The translations under genes were made by a program, and so were the position numbers. 64,000 nt of DNA. It comes from Candidatus Falkowbacteria bacterium GW2011_GWF2_43_32. GTDB taxonomy: Bacteria > Patescibacteriota > Patescibacteriia > Patescibacteriales > UBA12465. Shown in pieces: positions 35,478 to 44,119 of the stretch. Every line of letters starts with the position of its first letter. The first letter of the stretch is position 1. The stretch lies in NCBI GenBank assembly GCA_000999715.1, contig LCGL01000001.1, positions 131,139 to 195,138 of the forward strand. The letters run 5' to 3'. The notes under the pieces are model-generated. The model had not been told where the DNA came from. It saw only the letters and a program-made list of their open reading frames with translations, and made no database searches.

Positions 35478-35507
35478 AAAAACTGCCGTTCCGCGGCAGT
35501 TTTTTTA
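35478..35507. terminator. Bidirectional Rho-independent terminator between convergent genes
   Basis: AACTGCCG (35481-35488) pairs with CGGCAGTT (35494-35501). The hairpin is flanked by an A-run upstream and T6 downstream. Confidence 0.7.
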
Positions 35508-35556
35508 TGACTGATATTTTCTGGTTCGTTGAAATCGCCTGTCAGCCACCCGGATA

Positions 35557-36246
35557 TTATTTCCCCACGACCAACATTTCCTTCGTCAAAAGCGGAAACG
35601 GCTCATGAAAGCCGGTGGCATAAGGACGAATCGCGCGGAACAAAACATCCGCCGAATAGCGATAATCTTCTCCCCGGCGCGTGCCGGGATCGTTGGTGAT
35701 AAATTCCGCAGTTTCGTAATCGTAGCCTTTAATCAAAATCATGTGCCGTTCCGGTCCGGGCGGAGTGAAATAAGGGTTGCCCAAGGCTTGACCGTTCAAC
35801 GGCACCAGAACCAAATGCCCCTTGTCCAATTCGCCTATCATTTCCGCCGTCTCCCTGATCGGCTTGAGCGCCACGTTACCGTGCGAAAAATAATCGCCGA
35901 AAATCCACACCAACATATCAAATAAAGCCACATCGCGATCTTCGCCGTAGGTCGCTTTTTCCCAATCCGATAATTTTAAAATCCGGGCGCGCCATTCATA
36001 ACGGTCAAAACCGGTCTCGCCACGCACCCAGGCCAGAGCCATTAAAGCGGTCGCTTCTTCACAGCCGTCTTCTTGCCTTTGGTCCTGCCATTCGGCCAAC
36101 GGCGCTTGCGCGGTAAAAGGAACCGCTGCCGACAAATTCGCCGGAAAGGACGAAGCGGCGGACACGCTTAAAAATCCGAACAAGACAAAAAATAAGAAAA
36201 AAATTCCTACAGCGGCGACTAAAGATGATAATTTATTTGGTCTCAT
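35557..36246 (-). CDS. Secreted C39-like cysteine peptidase family protein
   Basis: VPFTAQAPLAEWQDQRQEDGCEEATALMALAW resembles the Peptidase_C39_2 N-terminal Cys motif. A TM/signal segment lies at the N-terminus. The start at MRPNK (36246) is preferred over 36282. Confidence 0.45.
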   Translation of the reverse strand: MRPNKLSSLVAAVGIFFLFFVLFGFLSVSAASSFPANLSAAVPFTAQAPLAEWQDQRQEDGCEEATALMALAWVRGETGFDRYEWRARILKLSDWEKATYGEDRDVALFDMLVWIFGDYFSHGNVALKPIRETAEMIGELDKGHLVLVPLNGQALGNPYFTPPGPERHMILIKGYDYETAEFITNDPGTRRGEDYRYSADVLFRAIRPYATGFHEPFPLLTKEMLVVGK

Positions 36247-37069
36247 GCCACAAAAGTTTCTTATGATGTTCAATAATCTCATTAATCGTTCCGTCCTCCG
36301 CGTATTGTTGCAACAAATAATCGATTGACGGCAAATATTTGACGAAAGGCGATTTTTTGGACACCGTCAGATAAAAATTTTCCGTACTGACATATTCCGG
36401 CAAAATTTCCACCCGATCGACCAACTGCTGTTCGGCCATTAATTTCTCGGCGGAATATAAAGCGTAAACAAAATAATCCGCTTGCTCCGTTTCCAACAGC
36501 CCGACCGCTTCTTCGGCCGTGCCGACGACTTGAACGGTCAAATTTTCCAAAATATAGGTATCAAATTGTTGTCCGTAACTGTCGCCGACGGTAACCACGC
36601 CTTTTTTGCCGATTAAATCGCTCCAGACTTCATAGGAAAAAGCCTTTCCTTTTTTGACGACCAAAACAATCGGATCAACCGTGTAAGGGATGGAATAATC
36701 CATATAGGTTTCCCGTTCGGTCGTTTTGTAAGCGGCCACCAGAAAATCCACTTCTCCGCTTCGCGTTTTCGCTTGGGCCACATCCCAAGAACCGACATAT
36801 TTAAAATCGGTAATCAAACCCAGCTCCGCCAACACCCGGGAAATAATTTCCGGACCGGCGCCGACAATCTTATCGCCCGCCTGATACATAATCGGCGGCC
36901 ATTCCGGATGTCCGGAAATAATCGCCGACTGGTTCAGAGGTCTATTTTGAAAATAATAAACCGCCAGAAAAATGAAAGTAGCCAAAAAAACAATGCTAAA
37001 GACGATAAAAGCCGCCCGCCCGATTTGTTTCCACATAATTTTCATATAATTATTCGCTAGTTTTATCAA
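36233..37069 (-). CDS. Solute-binding protein, family 3 (PBP2-type), membrane anchored
   Basis: The protein is 278 aa. GPEIISRVLAELGL..FKYVGSWDVAQAKTRSGEVDFLVAAYKTTERETYMDYSIPY matches the SBP_bac_3 pattern. The start may be 37045. Confidence 0.6.
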   Translation of the reverse strand: MIKLANNYMKIMWKQIGRAAFIVFSIVFLATFIFLAVYYFQNRPLNQSAIISGHPEWPPIMYQAGDKIVGAGPEIISRVLAELGLITDFKYVGSWDVAQAKTRSGEVDFLVAAYKTTERETYMDYSIPYTVDPIVLVVKKGKAFSYEVWSDLIGKKGVVTVGDSYGQQFDTYILENLTVQVVGTAEEAVGLLETEQADYFVYALYSAEKLMAEQQLVDRVEILPEYVSTENFYLTVSKKSPFVKYLPSIDYLLQQYAEDGTINEIIEHHKKLLWHETK

Positions 37070-37748
37070 CGATGATAAGCAAATTCAAAGTCTCGCCCCG
37101 AGGACGCTCGTGCATCGTTCCGTCCCGGGATTGATATAAATAATTGACCGGAAAATCTTTCTTCAAATAATCAAAGTGCCGCTCGTCCAAGTCAAAATGC
37201 ACATGATGCTTATTTCTGCCGGCCGACTCTCGATACGGCACACTGCACAGCAATTTTTTACCGGCCAACGACAATAATTTATTGACACAATCGGCCACGG
37301 CTAAATTTATATGTTCTATCGTCTCAAAAGAAACGACGACATCAGCCGTACCTTGAAAATCGGCGATATCCGATTTCACAAAATCAATATTGTCTCTTGT
37401 TTTATAATGTTTATTCGCATATTGAATGGCCTCCGAAGAAATGTCCGCACCGACGACAGACCGACAAGAATCGGCCAGCAAGAGGGTGCCGTAACCGGTG
37501 CCGCAGGCGATATCAATGACAGTATCGTGTTGAGAAATCAGTTTTTGCGCCCAATGATAACGGGCTTCCTGGTGATAATCGTTGATACAAAATTTTCCCA
37601 GGATATTCGGATCATATCTTTCGCCGTTGTTCAACGCATTATGTTTGATAATATTACAAAACTTATAAAACCAATAAGCGATGGTCTTCGGATTATTCTT
37701 CAACATCATAAATTTTTCCGACAAATATTTTTTCATGTCCGTCGCCAA
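37050..37748 (-). CDS. Class I SAM-dependent methyltransferase
   Basis: The protein is 232 aa with motif I VIDIACGTGYGTLLLA and post-I VVGADIS. Confidence 0.75.
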   Translation of the reverse strand: MATDMKKYLSEKFMMLKNNPKTIAYWFYKFCNIIKHNALNNGERYDPNILGKFCINDYHQEARYHWAQKLISQHDTVIDIACGTGYGTLLLADSCRSVVGADISSEAIQYANKHYKTRDNIDFVKSDIADFQGTADVVVSFETIEHINLAVADCVNKLLSLAGKKLLCSVPYRESAGRNKHHVHFDLDERHFDYLKKDFPVNYLYQSRDGTMHERPRGETLNLLIIVDKTSE

Positions 37749-37830
37749 CGCGTTTTAAAATCTCATATCCCGACAATAATGATTATACCATATCGCCCGC
37801 AATCTCCCAATCAGCTAATTCTTCGCTAAA

Positions 37831-37850
37831 ACAGCCCCGAAAGGGGCTGT
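37831..37850 (-). terminator. Hairpin ACAGCCCC-GAAA-GGGGCTGT followed by TTTTAG on the minus strand
   Basis: It sits 8 nt beyond tRNA-fragment copy A. I interpret it as the original terminator of the tRNA-Ser gene and as the present terminator of the TA operon. Confidence 0.5.
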
Positions 37851-37858
37851 CGGTAAAC

Positions 37859-37876
37859 TGCGGAGAGGGTGGGGCG
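37859..37876 (-). repeat. tRNA-Ser 3'-end fragment, copy A (distal, degenerate)
   Basis: It reads tgcggagagggtggggcg, against gcggagaggcggggattc at the 3' end of the intact tRNA (44161-44178). Confidence 0.6.
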
Positions 37877-37918
37877 CACCGGGAACGGCGCTTGATAACT
37901 CCCTGCTGACCTCTTTGT

Positions 37919-38185
37919 TTAAGAAGAATATAACTGGCTGTGCGTGCCAATGGCTACAAAATAAATAATTTGGCCTTCTGCTACTTCTTCAAAAATAGCC
38001 CGCCAGTCACCATTAATATTAATACTCCGATAATTTCGGAGTTCGCCAACCAAGGGATGATTATTCAATATAGAATTATAAGGATCATTAATAAAAATAT
38101 CTAATCTTGCCTTAAAATTAGTTTTTACATTGACCGGACATTTTTTAAATTCCTTAATAAATTTTTTGGAATATTCAATCTGCAT
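37919..38185 (-). CDS. RelE/YafQ-family type II toxin
   Basis: The protein is 88 aa, with KKFIKEFKK at the N-terminus and GDWRAIFEEV..IYFVAIGTHSQLY at the C-terminus, which is the RelE/ParE superfamily pattern. It starts 3 nt after the antitoxin gene. Confidence 0.7.
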   Translation of the reverse strand: MQIEYSKKFIKEFKKCPVNVKTNFKARLDIFINDPYNSILNNHPLVGELRNYRSININGDWRAIFEEVAEGQIIYFVAIGTHSQLYSS

Positions 38186-38188
38186 AAA

Positions 38189-38464
38189 TTATTTACTATC
38201 CAAAAAACTAATGGCGGCCCGGTTATTTTTAAAAGAATAAAAATTACCCGCCCTTCTCTCATCTCTTGATTCTTTTATGGAAGACAATAAATAATCACTC
38301 GGTGTGTCTTCATTTAAAGTAAATAAAACCGCTTTATTGCGAATAAGTTGTTTTAGAAACCCATTAATTGCCCCACTTAAACTTAAGCCTAAATCAGCGG
38401 CTATTTTTTGAGCCTCTTTTTTTATTTTGATATCTGTTTTTATGTTGATAACTGTTGAGTTCAT
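38189..38464 (-). CDS. DinJ/RelB-family antitoxin
   Basis: The protein is 91 aa. INIKTDIKIKKEAQKIAADLGLSLSGAINGFLKQLI is the ribbon-helix-helix pattern of DinJ-type antitoxins. Confidence 0.7.
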   Translation of the reverse strand: MNSTVINIKTDIKIKKEAQKIAADLGLSLSGAINGFLKQLIRNKAVLFTLNEDTPSDYLLSSIKESRDERRAGNFYSFKNNRAAISFLDSK

Positions 38465-38487
38465 ATTTTTATTATTTATAAATTAAT

Positions 38488-38515
38488 GTATACATTGTAT
38501 ATACTTAGTATATAC
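38488..38515. promoter_or_regulatory. Candidate TA operator made of three palindromes: GTATAC, GTATATAC, GTATATAC
   Basis: GTATAC is at 38488-38493, and GTATATAC at 38497-38504 and 38508-38515. They lie 24-51 nt upstream of the antitoxin start. Confidence 0.4.
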
Positions 38516-38676
38516 GATATTGAAAATTTTGTCAATATGTATTAGTTCAATTTTGGAACTCCGCTATTTTACTTGAGTATTAGATAAAATATTTAAATAT
38601 CTACATAATAATTATCATGCTCCCCAATCTACTCTGGAACCAAAAAATAAGGCTTAAGGGCTGTATTTTTCTTAAT

Positions 38677-38695
38677 GCGGAGAGGCGAGGATTCT
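38677..38695 (-). repeat. tRNA-Ser 3'-end fragment, copy B
   Basis: It reads tgcggagaggcgaggattc, with 1 mismatch over 18 nt against the intact tRNA end. Confidence 0.75.
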
Positions 38696-38784
38696 CAAAA
38701 TAATAGAGTTGGCCGCAGTGGTCATCAACCTTGATTGATAACATATTCACTTTAACTAATTATATTTTAACATATTGATAAATT

Positions 38785-38824
38785 TATAAAAAATAGCCTC
38801 GAATTGCTTATGCAATTCGAGGCT
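38785..38824 (-). terminator. Rho-independent terminator after the 38904-39545 gene
   Basis: The 13-bp stem pairs AGCCTCGAATTGC (38795-38807) with GCAATTCGAGGCT (38812-38824). The minus-strand reading continues ATTTTTTAT. Confidence 0.7.
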
Positions 38825-38903
38825 GTATCCGCCAGCCGGCGGACAAAAGGCTAAAGACTGAAGTCTAGAGACTCAAAGAATCAAAAGACTAAGATTTAAA
38901 AAC

Positions 38904-39545
38904 TTACGAAACGACGAAAGCAACCCCGTGCCTACGATTCCACTTGCCATCAGGGTTGTCACAGAACGAGCTCAACGAAGAACTATTGAAATCGCGATTA
39001 GCGTAGAGCAACGTAGAATCGCCGTCAGAATCTTTAATTGGTTCGTGCATAACAACAATCCAATATAAATCCATAGCTTCCAGCTCTTTGTCAGAGAATC
39101 TCTCTCTGATTAAACAGGCCACTTCAGCGTTTGGTGTGGTGAGCTTACGATTTTTAGCATCTTTACGGATGTTTTTAGTGACACGTTCGTTGTCACTAAA
39201 AAGGTCGCCCTTCAAAACGGCAATTTTGTAGGTAATGCCACTTGTCGGTTTAAAGTTTTTTGAACGTAGAACACTTTTAGCGTAATCGCCGACTCGAAAA
39301 CTTTTACTTTCCAAACGAGAGATCCATTCTTCACCGGTGGTGCCATCTGAAGTTACCGAGAAACGGATAACGCTGTCTTTTTCAGTCCACTTCGGTTTGA
39401 TAACTGAAATTTGTACTTCTCCGGCGTTTACCATGCGAATGGCTTCATTAGGGTCATCAATCCCTGTTTGTTTCATGATGTTGTTTACTAAGGCATTTAA
39501 TTTGCCTGTTTCAACGTTCTGGATAGTAAATAAATATTTTTCCAT
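38904..39545 (-). CDS. Hypothetical protein (island cassette)
   Basis: The track ORF runs to 39680. The ATG at 39545 (MEKYLFTIQNVETG..) is preceded by AAGGAG at the right spacing. I recognised no motif. Confidence 0.6.
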   Translation of the reverse strand: MEKYLFTIQNVETGKLNALVNNIMKQTGIDDPNEAIRMVNAGEVQISVIKPKWTEKDSVIRFSVTSDGTTGEEWISRLESKSFRVGDYAKSVLRSKNFKPTSGITYKIAVLKGDLFSDNERVTKNIRKDAKNRKLTTPNAEVACLIRERFSDKELEAMDLYWIVVMHEPIKDSDGDSTLLYANRDFNSSSLSSFCDNPDGKWNRRHGVAFVVS

Positions 39546-39821
39546 GATTATTTCTCCTTGCGCTACATTGCGCTGTTTTACTTTCCTCAACTCCGAGGCG
39601 GAACTGATAACCATTTTGGTCACAGCCAGGAAACGACTATCCGCCAACCGGCGGATTAACCATCTTTTGGCTGTGACCAATTTCGCAAATTAATTTTTAA
39701 AGGTCAATAATTATAAAATATTATATCATATAAATTATATTCTGTCAACTCAGAGAGGGCTGAACAGGTTCGAGCTTTTTATTATTACGCCAATATTAAA
39801 TAAATTAATATAATATCTTTC

Positions 39822-39973
39822 TGCGGAGAGGTGGGGATTATCGCGCTCGCTTTTTGCCATAATGCAAAAAGCTCTCCGCCTCCGCCAGTTGGCGGATGGC
39901 GGACAGTTCAAATCCCTTTCATCTTTTACGCATACAAAAATATAACCCTTCTGGGTTGTATTTTTGTATGCGG
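39822..39973 (-). repeat. Non-coding island module, copy 1, starting with tRNA-fragment copy C and ending in a 19-bp hairpin plus degenerate fragment C'
   Basis: Block 39822-39874 (53 nt) is nearly identical to 43727-43779. Block 39905-39973 (69 nt) is nearly identical to 43881-43949. Confidence 0.8.
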
Positions 39974-40022
39974 GGTATTAGGGACTATATCCGAACTGAA
40001 ATGAAACAAAATACCAATAAAC

Positions 40023-40685
40023 TTATTCAATCCCTCTAACTTCTTGCCAGAACCTCTTAAAATAGGTGACCATAAAATCATGTCTTGCTTTAGCTATTTT
40101 TTTTCCGGTTTTTGTTAGTGTTTTATTCTTTATATTTTTTAACTTGAACTCATATTCCATGATAGCCGTATCGTCAACAGTATAAGCCTTGTCTTTCTTT
40201 AACTTAACTAGTCTCTTCTCATTTCCGGTATATAGAGCGTGTCGTAGATAGCCGGCAAATAAAAAATCACGACCGATACCAACTGCCCCAATAGAGTCTA
40301 ATTTATCCGCATCAAACAATACTTTAGCTTCAATCGTTTTAGGAATATTATTGTTCCTGTATCTGTGGCTAATAATACAATGGAGAATATTATCCATTGT
40401 ATTTTGATCTAATTTATATCTTTGTAAAATCTTATTAGCCATTTCAGCTCCCTTTTCAGCGTGACAAAATTTTCCCCGGCTAGCCATTTCCTCCTTACGA
40501 CCAATATCATGTAATAGACAAGCTGCCATCAAAACAGATAAATCCGCTTTTTCTTTCCGACCGATATTCATAGCCAAACTACAAACACGCTCGACGTGAG
40601 TCCAATCGTGACAACCGTTAGCACCAACAAAAAATTTCTTAGCTTCTTTTTCTATCTTTTTAATGATTTCTTGACTGATTTTCAT
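40023..40685 (-). CDS. HD-domain phosphohydrolase
   Basis: The protein is 220 aa with the metal-binding pattern H..HVERV, LLHDIGR and FDADKLD. Confidence 0.75.
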   Translation of the reverse strand: MKISQEIIKKIEKEAKKFFVGANGCHDWTHVERVCSLAMNIGRKEKADLSVLMAACLLHDIGRKEEMASRGKFCHAEKGAEMANKILQRYKLDQNTMDNILHCIISHRYRNNNIPKTIEAKVLFDADKLDSIGAVGIGRDFLFAGYLRHALYTGNEKRLVKLKKDKAYTVDDTAIMEYEFKLKNIKNKTLTKTGKKIAKARHDFMVTYFKRFWQEVRGIE

Positions 40686-40772
40686 ATTCTTTAAAACTAT
40701 TGCTTTTTTGATTTATCTATGCTATCTTAATAATAGAATTTCTATTAAAAAGCACCTCTTAAAGTTTCGTCT

Positions 40773-41285
40773 TTAAGCGGTGCTTTTTTCTTTAGCTATA
40801 TATTCAAGCTTATTCCTCAAATTATCCATAAACACGATTTTCTCTTTTGCAGTCTTTTTTAACAATTTTGAGCAATTCTTTACATCAGGACTAATCACTC
40901 TAGACAGCTTGCCTTTCTCGTATAAATATTTAACCAAGCAATAAAAGTCGCCATCGCTAGAAACAATAATTGCCTGATCAAAATTATCAAATTCTATCAT
41001 AGTTTGCAAAACCAAATCAGCATCAACATTGCCCTTGGGCTGTCTTTCTTCATTAGACAAAACAGGTTTAAAAATTAAGATATAACCATCTTTTTGCAGG
41101 GATGAATATAAATCCTGATTTTCTGGGATAAATCCGATAAACAAAAATGCCTGAGAAACTTTATACTTCTCTTTTAAATAGACACGAAACTTTTTAAAAT
41201 CAAGCTTCCAATTTAATTTATTAATACCCAGGTTTAAATTCTGGCTATCAATAAAAGCATAGTTGTTTTTGATGTTTTTCTCCAT
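40773..41285 (-). CDS. NYN/LabA-like (PIN-fold) nuclease domain protein
   Basis: The protein is 170 aa with NYAFIDSQNLNLG and AIIVSSDGDFYCLVKYL, the typical NYN-domain acidic motifs. Confidence 0.7.
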   Translation of the reverse strand: MEKNIKNNYAFIDSQNLNLGINKLNWKLDFKKFRVYLKEKYKVSQAFLFIGFIPENQDLYSSLQKDGYILIFKPVLSNEERQPKGNVDADLVLQTMIEFDNFDQAIIVSSDGDFYCLVKYLYEKGKLSRVISPDVKNCSKLLKKTAKEKIVFMDNLRNKLEYIAKEKSTA

Positions 41286-41504
41286 ACAAGATTATTTTAC
41301 CATAAATCTCTGAATCCCAAAAACATACAATTTCGGTTCGAACTTTTTCATGAATGATAAAAAATTAGAAATATTAGCGTTAAAATTGTTATTACCGACA
41401 GAAAAAAGCCAAGAATTCTTAAATACCAATTTTCCACGTTCGAACTTTCAAAAGAGCCGATAAAAAAGGACGAAATGAGCTTTTAGGCTCGCTTCGTCCC
41501 ATTC

Positions 41505-41534
41505 TGCGGAGAGGCGGGGACGTGATTGAAATGG
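41505..41534 (-). repeat. tRNA-Ser 3'-end fragment, copy D (extended repeat shared with copy E)
   Basis: It reads tgcggagaggcggggacgtgattgaaatgg. The first 16 nt match the tRNA end, and the rest matches copy E. Confidence 0.75.
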
Positions 41535-41569
41535 CATTAAATCAAACTTGCGTCAATTTTTTTTAAATT

Positions 41570-43000
41570 TTACAATATTCCACAATTTATCTGACTTATT
41601 TTTTGAATAATACCCTTATTAGCATCTACTTTTATAAAATCCCCATCTTTCAATATCTGTGTGGCTATTTTAGTACCTATAATACAGGGTTTTTTTATTT
41701 CCCTAGAAACAATGGCCGCATGACATAATAGTCCGCCCTCATCGGTTATTATGGCTTTTGCTTTTTTCATAGCCGCTAAATAATCCGGTCTGGTCATCGT
41801 AGAAACCAGTATATCTCCATCTCTAACTTTATTAATGTCATTGGGGTTAATAACTATTTTAACATAGCCAGAAACGATTCCGGGACAAGCCACCTGACCC
41901 TTAATCTCGTGAATATTTTGTTTTTCTTCTTTTTTCACAATTTTATTTTTATCAACGATAATGTTTTTTCCGTCTTGAAAAATGTAAACACAATCCATAA
42001 TCTTTCTTTGCTCAATAATTTTCTTTATCTTTTCTGAATTTTTAAATAGCTCTATAATTTCTTGATGAAGCAACAGGGAAATATCTTCTAAACTAATTCT
42101 ATATCTTTTAGCTATTTCGCTCAGAATCCTGCCGTGTTGATAAAAAGATAGTGATCTGAAATGACTTCTATGGTCTTTCAAGAAAAAATGTTGATGAGCA
42201 TAATCAAGAAATAATTTATCTATTTTTGACCAAGAATGACTCTTGATAAAAGAAATATATCTCTTTTTATTATTTAAAAACTCTTTTTTGGTCTTGTCTA
42301 TAAATTCTCTTGCCTGTTTACGATTAATCTTTTTTGCTCTATTTTTAAAATAAGCTGAGGAATAGGGTTTTACTATGGCACTATAACAAGGTATATAAGA
42401 ATATTTAACCCAATGTTTTTTAAGTAATTTTCCCTTGTCGCCATTATCTAAAATAATCTCCATTAAATCTAGTTGCTCTTGAATGATATAATGGGGCTTT
42501 TCCAAAGAACTAACTATTTCTAGCCCAATTTTAATATTTACTTTATTTCTTAACAGGATTTCTATTAATTTTTTTTCCGTTATCTCACCCAAAATGAAAC
42601 CAACCCAAAGAGCGGAGACGTCGGAATCTAAAACTTTAATTGATTTTTTAAATAATAAAAAAAGCTCTTTATCAGAAGCTTGTTTTAAATTAATTTTGCC
42701 TATCCCTCCAAAATATTTTTCAATAAATAAAGCTCTTTCAATTACTTTATTATTAATATCTTTGAGAAATTTAGAATTTAAAAAACGATTATCAAAAAAA
42801 TAATGATTGAATTCTTCCCACTCTTTATTTAAAAAATATCCATCTGCACTATCTTTTTTGATAAAATAAAGTTGGTTATTTATGCCTCGCCCTATTATTG
42901 CCTTTAAAGGTTTCCGGCAAGAGATGGAATAAGTCTGAGCCTGGTGAAGGGTGAGCGGTCTGTTAAAAAATTTATACCAATTGTTTAAGTTTATTTTCAT
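41570..43000 (-). CDS. PEP-utilizing-enzyme family protein carrying only the central part and the swivel phosphohistidine domain (no ATP-grasp)
   Basis: The protein is 476 aa. Its C-terminus GQVACPGIVSGYVKIV..GDILVSTMTRPDYLAAMKKAKAIITDEGGLLCHAAIVSREIKKPCIIG is the PEP-utilizers mobile domain, with the catalytic His in CHAAIV. Confidence 0.7.
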   Translation of the reverse strand: MKINLNNWYKFFNRPLTLHQAQTYSISCRKPLKAIIGRGINNQLYFIKKDSADGYFLNKEWEEFNHYFFDNRFLNSKFLKDINNKVIERALFIEKYFGGIGKINLKQASDKELFLLFKKSIKVLDSDVSALWVGFILGEITEKKLIEILLRNKVNIKIGLEIVSSLEKPHYIIQEQLDLMEIILDNGDKGKLLKKHWVKYSYIPCYSAIVKPYSSAYFKNRAKKINRKQAREFIDKTKKEFLNNKKRYISFIKSHSWSKIDKLFLDYAHQHFFLKDHRSHFRSLSFYQHGRILSEIAKRYRISLEDISLLLHQEIIELFKNSEKIKKIIEQRKIMDCVYIFQDGKNIIVDKNKIVKKEEKQNIHEIKGQVACPGIVSGYVKIVINPNDINKVRDGDILVSTMTRPDYLAAMKKAKAIITDEGGLLCHAAIVSREIKKPCIIGTKIATQILKDGDFIKVDANKGIIQKISQINCGIL

Positions 43001-43010
43001 ATTTGAAATC

Positions 43011-43040
43011 TGCGGAAAGAGCGGGACGTAGTTGGAATGG
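43011..43040 (-). repeat. tRNA-Ser 3'-end fragment, copy E (degenerate)
   Basis: It reads tgcggaaagagcgggacgtagttggaatgg. It aligns with copy D over about 30 nt with a few changes. Confidence 0.6.
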
Positions 43041-43059
43041 TTATAAATAATAAAATAAT

Positions 43060-43635
43060 TTAAGTTTCATTCTCATTTGCCACAAACTTTTTAAAATTTT
43101 CTATATCCTGCTCAGATCCTAATATGTGTATTTGTTCTGGATTTCTGACTTTAATTTGGATGCCTTCTTTAGTTACAGTAGAGCTTTCTACACTTGCATC
43201 GTATTTGTATATACGGGCACCTTCTGGCGAAAAAGAAGGATTATTGTAGCTTCTATATTCCTTATCATAAATTACTTTTTCCTCAGTGCTATCTTCTGGT
43301 TTAGGCATTATTAAAAGAGATTTAATATTTAAAAGCACGTTATTAATAACATCTCCATAAACACCTTGTATAGGGGAATATGAAAAATATGTACCAAACA
43401 TATTATCTCTAAACTTTTCTATTTTATTAGAGCTTGCATGATAAACAATATCTCTTACTTTACTGTCTGGAAAAATAGTATCTAAATATTCAGAATACTG
43501 TTCTTTTGTTCCAATTTCTGCAAGTTCTGGATTTTGCTCAAATGCAAAATCTACCCCTTCTTTAATTTGAGGTTTTTCAATTTTATTTTCTCTTTTTTCT
43601 GCATTCTGCGAAGCATTGTTAAGAAATTTTTCCAT
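43060..43635 (-). CDS. Hypothetical protein (island cassette)
   Basis: The protein is 191 aa. It is AT-rich and has no secure motif. Confidence 0.55.
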   Translation of the reverse strand: MEKFLNNASQNAEKRENKIEKPQIKEGVDFAFEQNPELAEIGTKEQYSEYLDTIFPDSKVRDIVYHASSNKIEKFRDNMFGTYFSYSPIQGVYGDVINNVLLNIKSLLIMPKPEDSTEEKVIYDKEYRSYNNPSFSPEGARIYKYDASVESSTVTKEGIQIKVRNPEQIHILGSEQDIENFKKFVANENET

Positions 43636-43726
43636 ATTTTACATTTACCTTAATATTAGCATTGCTCGTTCCAAAGTTCAATTCTCCCTACTAAAAACAG
43701 CCCCTATTTCAGGGCTATTTACAAAC

Positions 43727-43949
43727 TGCGGAGAGGCGGGGATTATCGCGCTCGCTTTTTGCCGTAATGCAAAAAGCTCACTTGTCCAGAGTTGGCGTCC
43801 GGATTGCCATTCAGGGCAATCCGTCCGACGCTCGTCCGCTCGTTCCGGCTTCCGCCCTCACTCGCGTCTCGCTGCCAACTAGTTCGAATCCCTTTCGTCT
43901 TTTACGCATACAAAAATACAACCCAAAAGGGTTGTATTTTTGTATGCGG
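43727..43949 (-). repeat. Non-coding island module, copy 2, starting with tRNA-fragment copy F and ending in a 19-bp hairpin that abuts copy G
   Basis: It has the same 53-nt and 69-nt end blocks as 39822-39973, but a 101-nt middle section instead of 30 nt. The hairpin pairs GCATACAAAAATACAACCC (43906-43924) with 43929-43947. Confidence 0.8.
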
Positions 43950-43963
43950 AGAGGCGGGGATTT
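43945..43963 (-). repeat. tRNA-Ser 3'-end fragment, copy G
   Basis: It reads tgcggagaggcggggattt, with 17 nt identical to the intact tRNA end. Confidence 0.8.
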
Positions 43964-44119
43964 CCGCCTCGGGTTGCCTTAGCGGCAACCCTCGTTGTCC
44001 TGGGCGGACCCGCTAAGTGCTCCTTAAGGTCGCGCTTATCGTCGCTCGTTCTCTCGTCCTCATTCCATTCGGACTCGAGTCTCGCTCGCCGCCTGTTCTC
44101 ATCCCCGCCTTCTCAGCTT

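Noticed and set aside
41340-41460. A 38-aa plus-strand ORF and two GTTCGAACTTT direct repeats (about 41335 and 41442) between the NYN gene and repeat D.
   Set aside because: The ORF is short, has no ribosome-binding site and shows no similarity I can recognise. The 11-nt repeat is too short and AT-context-biased to interpret. I mention it only as possible debris of an older cassette.
43060-43635. A possible ADP-ribosyltransferase-like (H-Y-E type) assignment for the 191-aa island protein, based on VYHASS ... FGTYFSYS.
   Set aside because: The idea rests on two short, loosely spaced motifs only, and I cannot verify a catalytic Glu or the fold without a profile search. I left the gene as hypothetical.
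43860-43905. A plus-strand GTTCGAATCC T-loop-like string (43883-43892; a GTTCAAATCC version occurs near 39907) that suggested another tRNA or a tRNA with an intron.
   Set aside because: The flanking bases cannot form a T stem or an acceptor stem, and no D arm or anticodon arm can be drawn. It is probably fortuitous or a decayed fragment inside the non-coding module.
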